Source of the DNA: Selaginella moellendorffii
Lineage: Eukaryota; Plantae; Lycopodiophyta
Length of the DNA stretch: 64,000 nt
Reading direction: 5' to 3'
NCBI RefSeq assembly: GCF_000143415.4
Contig: NW_003314355.1
Span: 685,944-749,943 of the forward strand
Below the pieces are notes generated by a model. The model worked only from the letters and a program-made list of their open reading frames with translations, searched no databases and was not told the origin of the DNA. The translations under genes were made by a program, and so were the position numbers. Below, piece by piece: positions 52,071 through 64,000 of this stretch (position 1 is the stretch's first letter; each line of letters opens with the position of its first letter).

Positions 52071-53190
52071 ATGTGGCAAATGCTGCGTGAAGAAAGATGC
52101 CCTTTCTGGGCAAATGTTGTAAGAGGCAGATGCCGAGCAGATGTATCTCAGGCTAGCGAAGGGGACAAACGAAAGCTAGCTATAAACATGACGGGATGCA
52201 AATAGATTACTAGGCTGGTCCTGCGAAAATCAAAAACCATAATTGAAAACATTGAAAATGCAAAAAGAAAGGTTTATAATATTTTTGAATTTTAAGCAAC
52301 CAAAGGAATGTAAGTAGGGCATGTGTTTGTAAGTTTAAAAATGCCTCAACCACTTAAATTCCCAAGTAAATAAAGCTGTTTCTATTTTTGGTACAGGTAA
52401 ACTTTATAGCGTGTGGGCTCATGCAATTTTAAACCCAAAAATGCACCAAAAAATGCTCGACTAGCATTATTCTTTGAATGGCGTGTGGCCTTATATTGCC
52501 ATAAATGGACGTACACACAGAGCATAATTATTCCTTTACACGGCGAATAATCTTGGCGCGGATCGCTGACATGGCATGGCAAAGTTCGAATCACTGACAT
52601 GGCACAGCTGGATCGAGGCAAGGACATGATGTGACAAAGTTCAACCTCCGACAACAAAGTCTAGAAGCTACTCAATTTGAAATTTGTCAGAGGAGTCATA
52701 AGATCTGGTTTGTCAGAGGATTTGATGTGACATTCAAGCGTGTGTTATTTTTGAATTCTCGAACTCATTCCTAGGTCTATCATTTTTGTGCGCCGTGTTC
52801 TTGGTTCTGCTGAGCGTAGTGAGCGCTGCTTGTGTAAGCGGCGTTGTGGGCTGTGGTTTATGCGTCTACGAGCGGTTGCGGCATTGCGAGCGCCATTGCG
52901 AGCGGCAGTTTATGCGAGTGGCAGTTTGTGCGAGCGGCGCTACGAGCAGTTGCGGTGTTGCGAGCGGCGCTACGAGTAGTTGCGGTGTTGTGAGCGGCAC
53001 TGTCTTTGGTGTGGCTACCGCTTCCTCTTGATATTCGGCACTTGTGCTTCCTGGTATGTTCACCATGGAATGGCTTAGGACCACATTTAGAAATGGCATG
53101 AGGCCACATGCCATCTTGGGCCCTTGCAATTTCATGGCTAGCGTATTGTCATGTATGTTTTTACTTGCCTGCAGCTGTGTGTATATCAAG

Positions 53191-53382
53191 ATGGTATGAG
53201 GCCTCATGCCATCTTTGGCCCCTACTAGCCTATTGCCATATTCCTTTTGCCTTGCTGCAACTGTATATATTTTTGTATGGGTGACTAGTCACGCACACAA
53301 AAATATATACAGTTGCAACAAGGCAAAAGGAATATAGCAACAGGCTAGCAGGGGCCAAAGATAGCGTGAGGCCTCATGCCAT
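53191..53382. repeat. ~190-bp spacerless palindrome upstream of the transposase
   Basis: Arms are mirrored around GTGACTAGTCAC (53281-53292). Confidence 0.9.
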
Positions 53383-53570
53383 TAGTGGTACCACTAATGG
53401 CATGAGGGCTCATGTCAATTTTGTGAATGCAAAATTTCACGTGGGTGTCAATAGCATGTTTGAATAATGGCATGTGGCCTCATGCTATTGAGGTTGTTTG
53501 GTATGTTATGATTTAGGCCATTCTCCAATCATTTTTTGTATGGTTTTAACTTCTTTTCTGCACTTTCAGA

Positions 53571-56500
53571 ATGGCCTTCAGGGTTGGGGAAAAGGTTTAC
53601 ATTTTGAATGGTGGGAAGAGAGTTGCAAAAGGGACCCTTGTGTCTATGGATCGGAACTTTGTTATACACTGTCAAAGGCTTGGGGAAGGCAATGCTGCTG
53701 TATCAGTAGAGACTGTCTTCGATGGGAATGTAGTCGCTATTGAACGAGGAGAGATGGTCGTTGGGGTAAATATTGTTGTTGCCTTGAAAAATCTTCAGAA
53801 GAAAGCAGATGTTGGGGATAGCGCAAGTGCGACGCATGTTCCCTCCGTGGATCTTAAGAACCATGCTACATGGATTCAGGCAAAGGTGTTTCTAAACAAC
53901 CCCGAGGGGGAGGTGGTAGCTGAGGGCTTAGCCACAGTTGTCGATCCAAGAGATGCGGTTGCTAATCAAGAATTGGGCTGGGATTATATTGGAGTTGCAA
54001 TTTTAGAGGTTGTTGACACAGAAGAAAACAGTCTGACTATTGGAAGCATTGTGTGGTGGAAATTAAGGCACTTAGTGTTTAAGAATGTGAAGGATTCACA
54101 ATCAAACACCACTACAACTGATGACAGAACATCTCTTCATGGGAAAAGAAAGTACACCTTCCTAAAGCGCAGCCAAAGGGATCTGAGCAACGAACCGAAA
54201 AGGCAGAAAATGGCGATGGAGGTTCGAATGGTCTCGACAGTTGCTTGTTGCAAGAGGAGCTGCTGTCAACATGCTGATTGGGATGCTATTGAAGAGGAGA
54301 GAGCAAGATACAAGACATTGTCCTGGAAGGCAGCTCGCAATTTTGTGTATGAGGCATTACGGTCATCTGTTGATGCTTCAGAACATCAGGTGGGGGGCAT
54401 GGTCTTCTAGAGGGGTTTGGTCTGCATGAAGGCATGGAGAATCATTTATGGAGTCCCTCGAACCACATTCTACAGAATCAAAACTGAGTTCGAGGAACAA
54501 AGGGTTCAACAGGCAGTCCATGGGAACGACGGTACGCACAAAACCAGGGGTCATGTTGTATATGGAGAGGCAATCTTCAAGAGGTTTGTCGAGACATGTA
54601 GCGAGCAGCAACCACATAAAACCCGCCTCTTGGAAGATGGAACACGAGACACCCAACGAGTTCTCCCTTCCATGTATACCAAGGGGGCCATATTGGAAGA
54701 TGTGAATCGGGAACTCCAGAGTAATGGCTACAGGAAGCTGAGCCAATCTAGATTTAGTAGATTGTGGAGCAACAGGTTCAGGGATGTGAGTATAGGAAAG
54801 TACTCCAGCTTTTCAAAGTGTGACGAGTGCACTGCTATCAAAATGGCTTTGTCGAAGAATTCTTGCAGCGCTCAAGAGCGAGAGACGTTGGTTAGAAGGC
54901 GGCTCGACCACAACATCGAGCAGAGAAGCTGCAGGACTGCATATTATCATAACAGGATTCTCTCCATGGAGAGAGCTGACTCTTACCTCTGCATCATCCA
55001 CGACAAAATGGACCAGAAAAAGACGTGCTTACCTCGACTCAATCCTGCCCCCAAGGCAATCTCTTCTTCCATGCAGCTGCCTGTGTCTCTGTTTGGCATA
55101 ATCGCTCATGGGCATGGTGCCCAGAACTATGGGAACTTCTTTGTACCTCTATGGGGTGGCGGGGGTGCAAACATGATGATTGCGTCCCTAGCAAAACACT
55201 TAAGGTCTTTGCAAAGTGCGCAGACTGAGCTGAACGGCCAACCCTTGCATAAGGCCCTTGTCGATCGAACCCCATACAGGGTTCAGCTGGAGGAGGAGCA
55301 AAGGCTTGCAGTATCGCGTGGGGCCCCATGCCATCCCAGTGAATATGTTGGCCGTCAGATTGTAGGGTTATCACGTGAGGCCTCATGCCATTCCGACGAG
55401 GCTGGTCGCCCGGTGAATGCACAGCCTCATCCAAACGAAGCAGAATCTCAAGGAAGTTCTTGCGGCCGATGTGGCCTTCCACCCCATCTTCTGCTCCAAA
55501 CAGACAATGCTGGCAGTGAGAACAAAAACATGTACGTCTTCGCGTACTTGGCGATGCTTGTTGCCAAAGGCATATTTGAAACGGTTACACTTGGCTTTCT
55601 CATGGTTGGGCACACTCATGAAGACGTCGATGCCATATTCAGTCACCTGGTAGAGTCCCTCCGGCGATCCAATGTCCTCACCCTCCCACAACTCTACGAT
55701 GAATTCCAAAATTGCATCAAAGGCACTGTTGAAGCTGCACTTCTGACAGAGGTTCCAGACTTTAAGGGGTTTGTAAGAGGCTACATCAGGGACGGATCCG
55801 AAACGCTGATTGGCCACTCCAAGCCTCTTCAGTTTCATTTCAGCATGTGTGACGGTGCTCCAGTGATGAGGTACAAGATGAAAGAATGGGACACAGTGTG
55901 GCTGCCAGTGGACGGCATTGAACTCTTCAAGAGAGATCCCATAACTGGGGAACCTATGATTCCTCAGGGTTCCCCACGGCCGATGCACCCGGATGGACTC
56001 AAAGACCAGGAAAGTATAGTGGCCGGGATTAGACAGCATATTGCCTTCTGGAAGAGGGGGTTGGTGTTTGGTGGAGAATCCTATTTTCAGAGGTGCAAGC
56101 CTTTGCTCGAATACTGGGAGAAGATTATATCTGCTATCCAAAATGGGCCAGTTGTATATGAAGAATTGGAAGAGTCCTTTTGGCCAGAACCCAGAGCACC
56201 AGATAGTAGCGGAACAATGTTGTCTGGAAATGCAGTGACAGATAACGATGTTGAGGATCACTATTGTGGGCCGAGGAACAAGAAGCCGGATTCAGCATTC
56301 AATCCAGTACAGGTCTGCAAAGGAATGGTCGTGCTTGTCAGACCCAGTAATAAAAAACAAATGATATGGGTGGGGCGCTGCATCACTGATGCAGAGGAGG
56401 ACGCGGAAACTAACTCCTTCAATGTAACTGTGGAGTGGTTCAAGCCAAGTTCCGGATATACGAAGGATTGCCTAGAAAAGAGATGGGTGCTGAATCCAAG

Positions 56501-56712
56501 GGATCCCAGCATGAGCATATCGGTGGATAATGTTGTGCATGGTTGGATGCGGAAGCAGAGTGCCACCATCACCTTGCCAGACCATGCAAGAGATGCAGCA
56601 AGAGCATTCATAACCCGGGTTCAAGGTGAGATTCATTAATATTCCTTTACTAAGTTTCTAATGTATTTTATTTCAAGGTGAACAATCCGAATCTGAATCA
56701 GAGGAGGTCTGA
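53571..56712 (+). CDS. Sola-like DDD transposase with one in-frame TAG at 54408-54410; probable last intron ~56626-56677
   Basis: ORFs 53571 and 54417 share a frame. FSKCDEC, HDKMDQKK, LQTDNAGSENKN and FLMVGHTHEDVDAIF motifs; two N-terminal VAKG/VAEG beta-rich repeats. Confidence 0.8.
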
Positions 56713-59700
56713 TATAGTGTGTGAGGTAAAACAAAGATGATGTGACATATGCATTTACCAATCACACGTGCATAAATCTAATAATATGGCGTGTGGCCCA
56801 TATTAATGGCACATAAACCCATATTGTGGGCTTACGTACTTTATGTACCATCATTCCCTTGCAGCGTGTGTGTTGGTTTCCTTTTATAACACAACGAACT
56901 CCATATTTTAGGGTGAAGAGCGTTCTCATGGCAAACACAAAATCTGTAAGTGAGGCAGAAAAGGAGACGGAGAAGGAGATAGGTGAAGATGTAGAATATA
57001 TAAGTCTTCCAAACTCCCCGTACTATACTCCAGGTGATCATTTTTCTGAACAAACGGCAATATTAACAACTATCGAGAACGCCCCAGTAACGTCAGAGAC
57101 AACAATCCAAAGCAAAACAACTGACCCGGAGAAGGATGATAGTACCGCTGAGAGTACCAAAAAGGAGGTGTCCACTAGCGCTTAGGCTTATAATGGCGTG
57201 TGCCCTCATGCCATTTACTTGATCACCAAATACCTTTTTCCCTTTGCACTAGTATATCTTAATACCGGTCTGAGAAATAGAATGGCATGTGCCCTCAGGC
57301 CTTTTACTAAATCACCTTTGAAAGAAATGCAAGCCTCTATGTCGTAAAAAAAAGGTACTAGAGAAATTCCTTAATAATATGAATGTTATTTAGTTTCATG
57401 AAAATACACTAAGGGTGGTCAAATGAGTTAAATGACTTCTCCAGACTAGCAATGCCTCTTGCTACACCTTCACAATTAGATTCGTTAGAAAAAGATAACA
57501 TTGAATAATATCTAAATGTTCTCACCATTAAGTGATATGTCTGGCTAATAGGAATGACGTTCATCTTGGAAAGCTCACCACACGCTCAATGAACAAACAA
57601 ATAGTGTGTGCACGCATGCCATCGCTCTTCTTTAGCTTCAGATTCGGCTTGTTCACCTTGACAATGAGATTTATTATACAACCAGATGGACTCAGTCTGG
57701 ACATAAAGTCACCGCGCTAGTCACCATGCCCCAGATATGTCTAGCCCCTAGACAAAAAACATATAATTTCACGTCATTTTCAAATACTTGAAAATTTGTA
57801 CCTAGTCCCATTTTACTGAATAAATCCCACTTTAACGAAATAGAGCATGGATGTGTTTGACAAGAAAAAAGCTAGTGTACTACCTGTTCATCGGCCTTAC
57901 AACTGTCCCATTGATTTACAGGAAGGAGTGTCACCTCCGTGGGGGCCTATCTACAGGTTATCCCCGTCCAAGCTTAAGGCCCTCAAATAGTATGTGGACG
58001 AGAACTTTGCATCAGGGTACATTTAGCATTTGTAGTCCCCAGTTGGAGCGTCTGTCTTCTTTGTTAAGAAGAAGGATGGGAGTTTGCGTCTAGTCATTGA
58101 CTACCGAGGTTTGAACAAAGTGACTGTTCGAAACCGTTATCTACTGTCCCTGATCTTGGACTTATTGGAATGCCTCGGCAATGCCCGCTTCTTCACCAAG
58201 ATCGACCTCCGTGGAGCATACAACCTGATTTGAATCCGGCCTGGTGATGAATGGAAGATTGCGTTCTGAACCCGCTATGGCCACTTCGAGTACACTGTCA
58301 TGCCATTTAGCTTGACAAATGCTCCAGTAGTTTTCCAACACATGGCAAACAACGTCTTTTAGGAGTTTCTTGATCAGATGGTGATTGTCTACCTCGATGA
58401 CATCCTCATCTACTCAAAAACTCAAGAGGAGCACAATGAGCATGTGTGCAAGGTGTTGGCGAAGCTGCGGGAACACGGCATATATGCGAAGCTTAAGAAA
58501 TGTTCCTTCGATCAGGAGTTTGTGGAGTTCCTTGGGTACATTGTCACTCCTGAGGGTATCACGATGGATCTTGCCAAAGTCAAGACTATTCTCGAATGGG
58601 AGCCTCCACAATCAATGTCGAACGTTTAGGTTTTCCTTGGCTTTGCCAACTTCTACCACAAATTCATTGATTACTACTCCGACATTGTCTTTCCTCTCAT
58701 GCATCTCACTTGCAAGGATGTTCCCTTCTTTTGGTCTGCTGCTACCCAGTAGGCCTTCGACACACTCAAGGCAGCCTTTAGTTCTGCTCCCGTCTTGATC
58801 CATGCTGATCCCTCACAATCTTTCTTCATCAAGGCGGATGCCTTCGACTTTGCCATTGGTGTTGTGCTGTCTCAACTCAAAGCAGATCAGGAATTCCATC
58901 CGGTCACTTTCCATTCTCGGAAATTCCAGCTTGCGGAGATCAATTACGAAATCCATGACAAGGAGCTCCTTGCCATCGTGGATTCCTTTGGCGAGTGGCG
59001 TCGTTTCTTGGAGGGGGCAAGCTATCAAACAACAGTCTAGATGAATCACAAAAATCTCAAGTACTTTGCCACTACCCGAGTTTTGAGCCGTTGTCAGGCA
59101 AGGTGGGCACAATTCTTAAGTCAGGTTGACTTTGTTATCAAGTACAGACTTGGAAAGCTTCAGGGCCTTCCTAATGCTCTTTCAAGGTGCTCCTATCTCA
59201 GTCTCAGGCCTAGTAATCCTGCCTTCAATCAATAGGATCAGGTTATCCTCAGTCTTGATCAGCTTCAAGTTATGGCAATTTCCCTGGCCCCTCAAGACTC
59301 CTCCTTGATGGACGCGATCAGAAACGATTTTTAATCTGACAACCTCGCCAATGACATTTTCCCCCATCTTCAGGCTGGACACCTAGTGACTCCTGACTAC
59401 TGGCAATTTGACGAGTTTGAGTTCTTAGATGGCTTGTTATACCATGGGGAGCAGCTCTACGTTCCTGAAGGTGATACTCAAAGATTGGTCCTAATGGTGT
59501 GCCACAATAGCTTGACTACTTGTCACTTTGGCATTGCAAAAACCTATGAGCTGGTTGCACAGGACTTTTGGTGGCCTCACATGGACGATTACATCAAAGC
59601 TGTTGTTACCTCCTATGACACTTGCGCCCAGAATAAGATACCTTGCCACCTTCCTTTAGGTTTGCTTCATTCCCTCTCGGTCCCTTCAAGTCCTTGAGAA

Positions 59701-60234
59701 TCCATCTTGGATTTCTTGAGTGATCTTTCGAGTTCTTGAGGCTTCAACAACATTTTAGTCGTGGTGGATCGCTTCACAAAGATGGTGCACTTCCTGCCGT
59801 GTACCAAGGAGTTTTTGGGCAAGGACATGGCAAAACTAGTATTCAGAGAAATTTTCCGACTTCGTGGGATTCCTGCAGATGTGGTTTTGGATTAGGGACC
59901 TCAATTCATCTCTCATTTCTAGCAACGGTTCTTGCAACTGCTTGGAGTGAAGGCCAACCTCTCTTCAGCGTATCATCCTCAAATTGATCGACAGTCTGAG
60001 CGAACGATTCAGACGTTGGAACAATTCTTGAGGTGCTTCATCAACTATCATCAGGATAATTGGTTCGATATCCTTCCCCTTGCTGAGTTCTCCTATAACA
60101 ACTCTATTCACTCCTCTCTTCGAATTTCCCCTTTTTTTACGAACCCTGGCCAAAATTCCCGATTCAATCTCTCACTTCCTTCCCCATCCGAATCCTCTTG
60201 TTCAAATCCCCGCTTTGAGGCATTTGTCTCCAAC

Positions 60235-60829
60235 TGTAAGCAACCAAAGGGAACGACTTGAGAGACGATCCATGGGGTTCAAATATAGAGGGAAAGGGCT
60301 CATGAACAAGAGTGCACCCCCTTTTCCAATCAGTTAAAGGTTTTGGGATATTTGGGGTTAAACGTCCTTGGGTTTGAATAGTACTGGGTTGGGTGACCTC
60401 CCGGGAAGTCCAAACTCAAGATCTTTACATTTGGTATCGGAGTGGTCTCGAGTTCGACTCTGTTGGTTGGCTAGGGGAATCACACCACATGTTGATTGAC
60501 ATCTGGCTGGTCCAGTTTGCTCCCACTGGGCTTGACCCGAGGGGTAGCGTGTCAAGAGAGTGGGGCTCTCGGGAGAGTTGTGGCTCTCAGCTTCCGTTCA
60601 CGAAGGCGTGAACTTGCAGGGAAGTGTGGTGGATTATAAGCAACCAAAGGGAACGACTTGAGAGACAATCCATGGGGTTCAAATATATAAGGAAAGGGCC
60701 TATGAACAAGAGTGCACTCCTTTTTCCAATCGGTTAAGAGTCTTGGGATATTTGGGGTTAAGCGTCCTTGGGTTTGAATAGTACTGGATTGGGTGACCTC
60801 CCGGGAAGTCCAAATTCAAGAGATTTACA
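60235..60829 (+). mobile_element. Cassandra-like TRIM (595 bp) with a 5S-rRNA-like segment in its LTRs
   Basis: 195-bp LTRs 60235-60429 and 60635-60829; TSD CCAAC/CCAAT; PBS TGGTATCGGAG; non-coding interior. LTR contains GGTTAAGCGTCCTTGGG...TAGTACTGGATTGGGTGACCTCCCGGGAAGTCC. Confidence 0.88.
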
Positions 60830-63800
60830 CCAATCTCTAGGAAATCCATAACTCTATCTCCTTTCACCTCCATTGTGCTTAGGAATCTCATAAAACATTC
60901 ACCAATGTCCATCGTCAGAATTGTTCCACTTACAATATTGGGGATAAAGTCTGGCTCCTCAGGCGAAATATCTCCACCACTAGGCCATGTCCTAAACTCA
61001 ATTTCACATGCCTTGGTCCTTTCCCTATCACTGCCATTATTAATCTTGTCACTTATCACCTTGCACTTCTCTCCTCATATCAAATTCACCTTGTTTTTCA
61101 CTCTCTCCTTGAGCTTTATATTCCCAGTCCTATTCCAAATCGGGTCATTCCTCTACGTCCACCAATGCAGCTCGAGGATGGGTCTGAGTACGAGGTTTAG
61201 GACATCCTTGATTCCAAGATCTCATGGGCTAAACTCTATTATTTGGTAGATTGGAAGGGTTATAGACCTAAAGAACGCACTTGGGAACCTGTGGACAATC
61301 TGATTCATTCTCCTGATCTTGTTCAAGACTTCCACTACCGCTATCGTTCTCATTCCAGTCCTCATTCTTTTCATTCTCCATCTCTCGTCTTTCAACACCC
61401 ATCTTATCCTCCTCTTCGTTCTCATTCATGTCCTCATTCCACTCGTTCTTGAGGAGGGGGTGCTGTCAGGAATCCCTCAATTCTTGCCACATTCCTGACT
61501 CTTGAGACACTTCCCTATTCCTAACTCTCTGATTTCCCTTACGATTCTTGATTCTTGAACCACATTCCTAATGATGATATGGCAACTCCTCGACCTCAGC
61601 TATATTTAGGCCATCTTCGATCCAAGAGTGGTGGAGCTCATCAACCTATAGTATATATAGGTTAGCCTTGCTCCATTTCTCCACAATCTAAATAAACACC
61701 AATTTAAGGCTTTTTCTTCATCTCCACTAGCTTTTCTCTTTGTCTTCTGCATTTTCCAGTCCTGATCTTGTTGGGGATCTTGACACCCGCCTAAAGCAAG
61801 AGAATCATGGTAGGCATGGAGAAATTGCGGAATAAATACAAAAGGCACCACTAACCGTAAAAGATTATCAAGAACTGTCCCCACAAAATAAAGAAGGCCG
61901 TCTTCAAAGCAATATTGATAATGTAAATGCCAGAATGGCAAGTCATTAACAAGTGATGCAAGATTCTCAAACCTATCTTGAAGCTTTCAAATCCATGGCT
62001 CAATCTTTTGAGCATCGTAAACCTCATCAAGAGAAGGTAAATCTTGTTTTACACCTTGTGGATACTGAATGTCAAGTACAATAACCACTAACGGCACAAA
62101 ATCCTTATCAAGAAAATCCACAAATGTTGGAATAACAAGTTCGTCAAAAACATAAGAAGAAAATGAAAAAGGAAGAGGAGCTCAAGAAAGGGCATCAGTA
62201 TCAACCATAAAACTCCCCAGGCGATAAACAACATCAAAATTATATATCGGAAACTTCAAAGCCCACCGAGCAGTATAACTAACCAAGTTCTTCCACTTCA
62301 ATAATGAAGTAACAGCAACATAATCACTTTTTAGTAATGTCTAAGAACCATATAGATATGTATGAAGTTTATGTAAACCCCAAACTACTGCTAAACACTC
62401 CTTTACTGTCGTGGAGTAATTCACCTCTGTTGGTTGTAATGTATAGCTTATATACACAATGGGATGGCGCTAACCAGGCACACTTGGGCTCTCTTGCATT
62501 AACACACATCCAAGACCAATATCAAAAGCATTCACACACAAATGAAAAGTCGAGTGTAGTCTAGATATGCCAAAACTGGAGTCGTTAATAACTCTTTGAG
62601 ATCCATGAATGCTCGCTCACAATCTGGAGACCAAATAAAAGAAGATGTTAATGACTTTAGTAACACTCGTAATGGTGCAGTACAATCAAAAAGATGATCC
62701 ACAAAATGATCGAGATACTATATCTTACCCAGGAAGTATTGCATATCATTTACACACTTCGAAGTAAAGAACTTTTAAACAGCCACAAATCTGTTAGGAT
62801 CAACTTGCAAACCCTCACAAAAAATATAGTACCTAAGATAAATTGTGTTTTTGGACCTAAACATACACTTCAATTGCTTTAGCTTTAAACCAACGTTCCA
62901 TAACCAATCCAACACTTTACAAACATCACAGATATGTTCCTCCCACGTCCCCTCCAAATGAGCAAGATATTATTAATGAAGTCAGTAGTCACCTCTGGCA
63001 TATCACAAAGAATCTCATCCATCATCTGTTGGAAAGTTACTGGAGCATTGTTCAAACCAAATGGCATCACCAAAAACTCATACAAACCAAATAGCGTACG
63101 AAAAACAATCTTAAGAATATCTTCTTCAGCCATCATTACTTGCTAGTACCCAGAAGCAAGATCTAGTTTGGTGAACTAACGACTTCTCTCTAAACAATTT
63201 AAAAGATCAGTAGTGTGAGGAAAAGGGTACACATCCAAGGTCGTCATTTCGTTCAACAAACAATAGTGGATGCAATAAAAAATACTCCCATCAGACTTCA
63301 TCACAAGATGAGGTTCACATACCCAAAAACTCCACACGAAGCAAGAGGTTTCGAAAACGAATGCCAAATTGCATCACCGACTCAAATGGCCCTTGACAAC
63401 GATGATGCAATAATTGAAAGGCATCATCATAATTGTCAACATGTCCGAATGCACATTTAAAGACATCCTGGAGAACCCTCCAATCCCCATGAATCTTTGC
63501 ACTCAAACCATTGTACCATTATAGCACCATCCCTTGGATACACATAGGAAACTCATACAAATGTCAAGCATCATCCCAAGAATGACATGTGGCAATCACT
63601 GTGAAGTGATCAAACCAATGGTACACATCATCCCCAAGATTCCCATAAAAGAACTCCAGCTAAACGTGAGGATTGGCACCATGAGTAGGAGGAGTTGTAC
63701 CACATGCCATAAATGCTGCCATCAACTGAGTTTGGTTGTTCAATTGCAATCGCATAGCATCAAGCAATTGCACCAACTGTTGCTCCGAAGTTAAAGGAGG

Positions 63801-64000
63801 AGACTGCTGCTCTACCATGAAGATGAACGAAAAGGAAAGAGCAAAAAAAGAGAAATAAAAAAAAACTAGAAGGAAAAGGAGATCTAGACAATGGAAAAAT
63901 TAGATTTAAACCAAAATCCTGAAAGGAAAGAATAAAAGAAAGGCAATGGAAAAAACTAGATTTAGACAATGCAAAAGCTAGATCTAAACCAAAATCCCAA

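Larger units (their letters stand above)
44442..57846. mobile_element. 13.4-kb TIR DNA transposon (Sola-like) with cargo genes
   Basis: Perfect 22-bp TIRs GCTCTATTTCGTTAAAGTGGGA (44442-44463 and reverse complement 57825-57846). It interrupts host pol between KYHDF and MDVFDKK. Confidence 0.92.
42142..61785 (+). mobile_element. Degenerate chromovirus with 322-bp LTRs, carrying two younger insertions
   Basis: LTRs 42142-42463 and 61464-61785; TSD CCCAC/CCCGC; PPT GAGGAGGGGG at 61451. Gag ~42718-43690, protease LLDSGAT, RT YLDDIL ~58390, integrase, chromodomain YLVDWKGY..ERTWEP ~61240. Confidence 0.92.
40941..64000 (-). mobile_element. Old degenerate gypsy (family of 24816-28943), host of the nested insertions; segments 40941-42141 and 61786-64000
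   Basis: Integrase HAYHDSLALGG|HMRH is interrupted at the insertion point; [17 protein letters not shown] at ~63050; LTR stub 40941-40996. Confidence 0.85.

Noticed and set aside
55383-56261. 292-aa antisense ORF
   Set aside because: Shadow of the transposase reading frame.
56927-57185. Acidic low-complexity ORF near the right TIR
   Set aside because: Possibly a third cargo exon but unsupported by any motif.
44826-57303. Palindromic repeats as a CRISPR array
   Set aside because: Irregular spacing, located in introns and exons, eukaryotic context, no cas genes.
60330-60415. Functional 5S rRNA gene
   Set aside because: Only the internal promoter-like part is present, and it is duplicated as part of the LTRs.

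Overview
Eukaryotic, land-plant DNA. Very short (~50-60 nt) GT-AG introns, a compact gene island and chromovirus-rich flanks suggest a lycophyte such as Selaginella (inferred). 1-5.4 kb holds the 3' end of a chromovirus and a hAT-derived foldback. 7-24.3 kb is a gene island: two inverted RPS3a copies, tRNA-His, a START/cyclase gene, GEX1, SNRNP25-like, ndhM, a membrane protein, a ROP GTPase and an unrecognised family of small genes ending in CCLL. 24.4-64 kb is a nested transposon block. Main results: (1) a 13.4-kb TIR DNA transposon (44442-57846) with a Sola-like transposase, a cargo gene with ParB/Srx-like and degenerate amino-methyltransferase-like regions, an FCP1-type phosphatase, and >20 copies of one 22-bp palindrome, together resembling a parS/ParB self-recognition system; (2) a young full-length Ty3/gypsy element (31376-38741) whose integrase is split by two canonical spliceosomal introns; (3) a Cassandra-like TRIM with 5S-rRNA-like LTRs. 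Domain calls come from motif recognition by eye; no searches were run.
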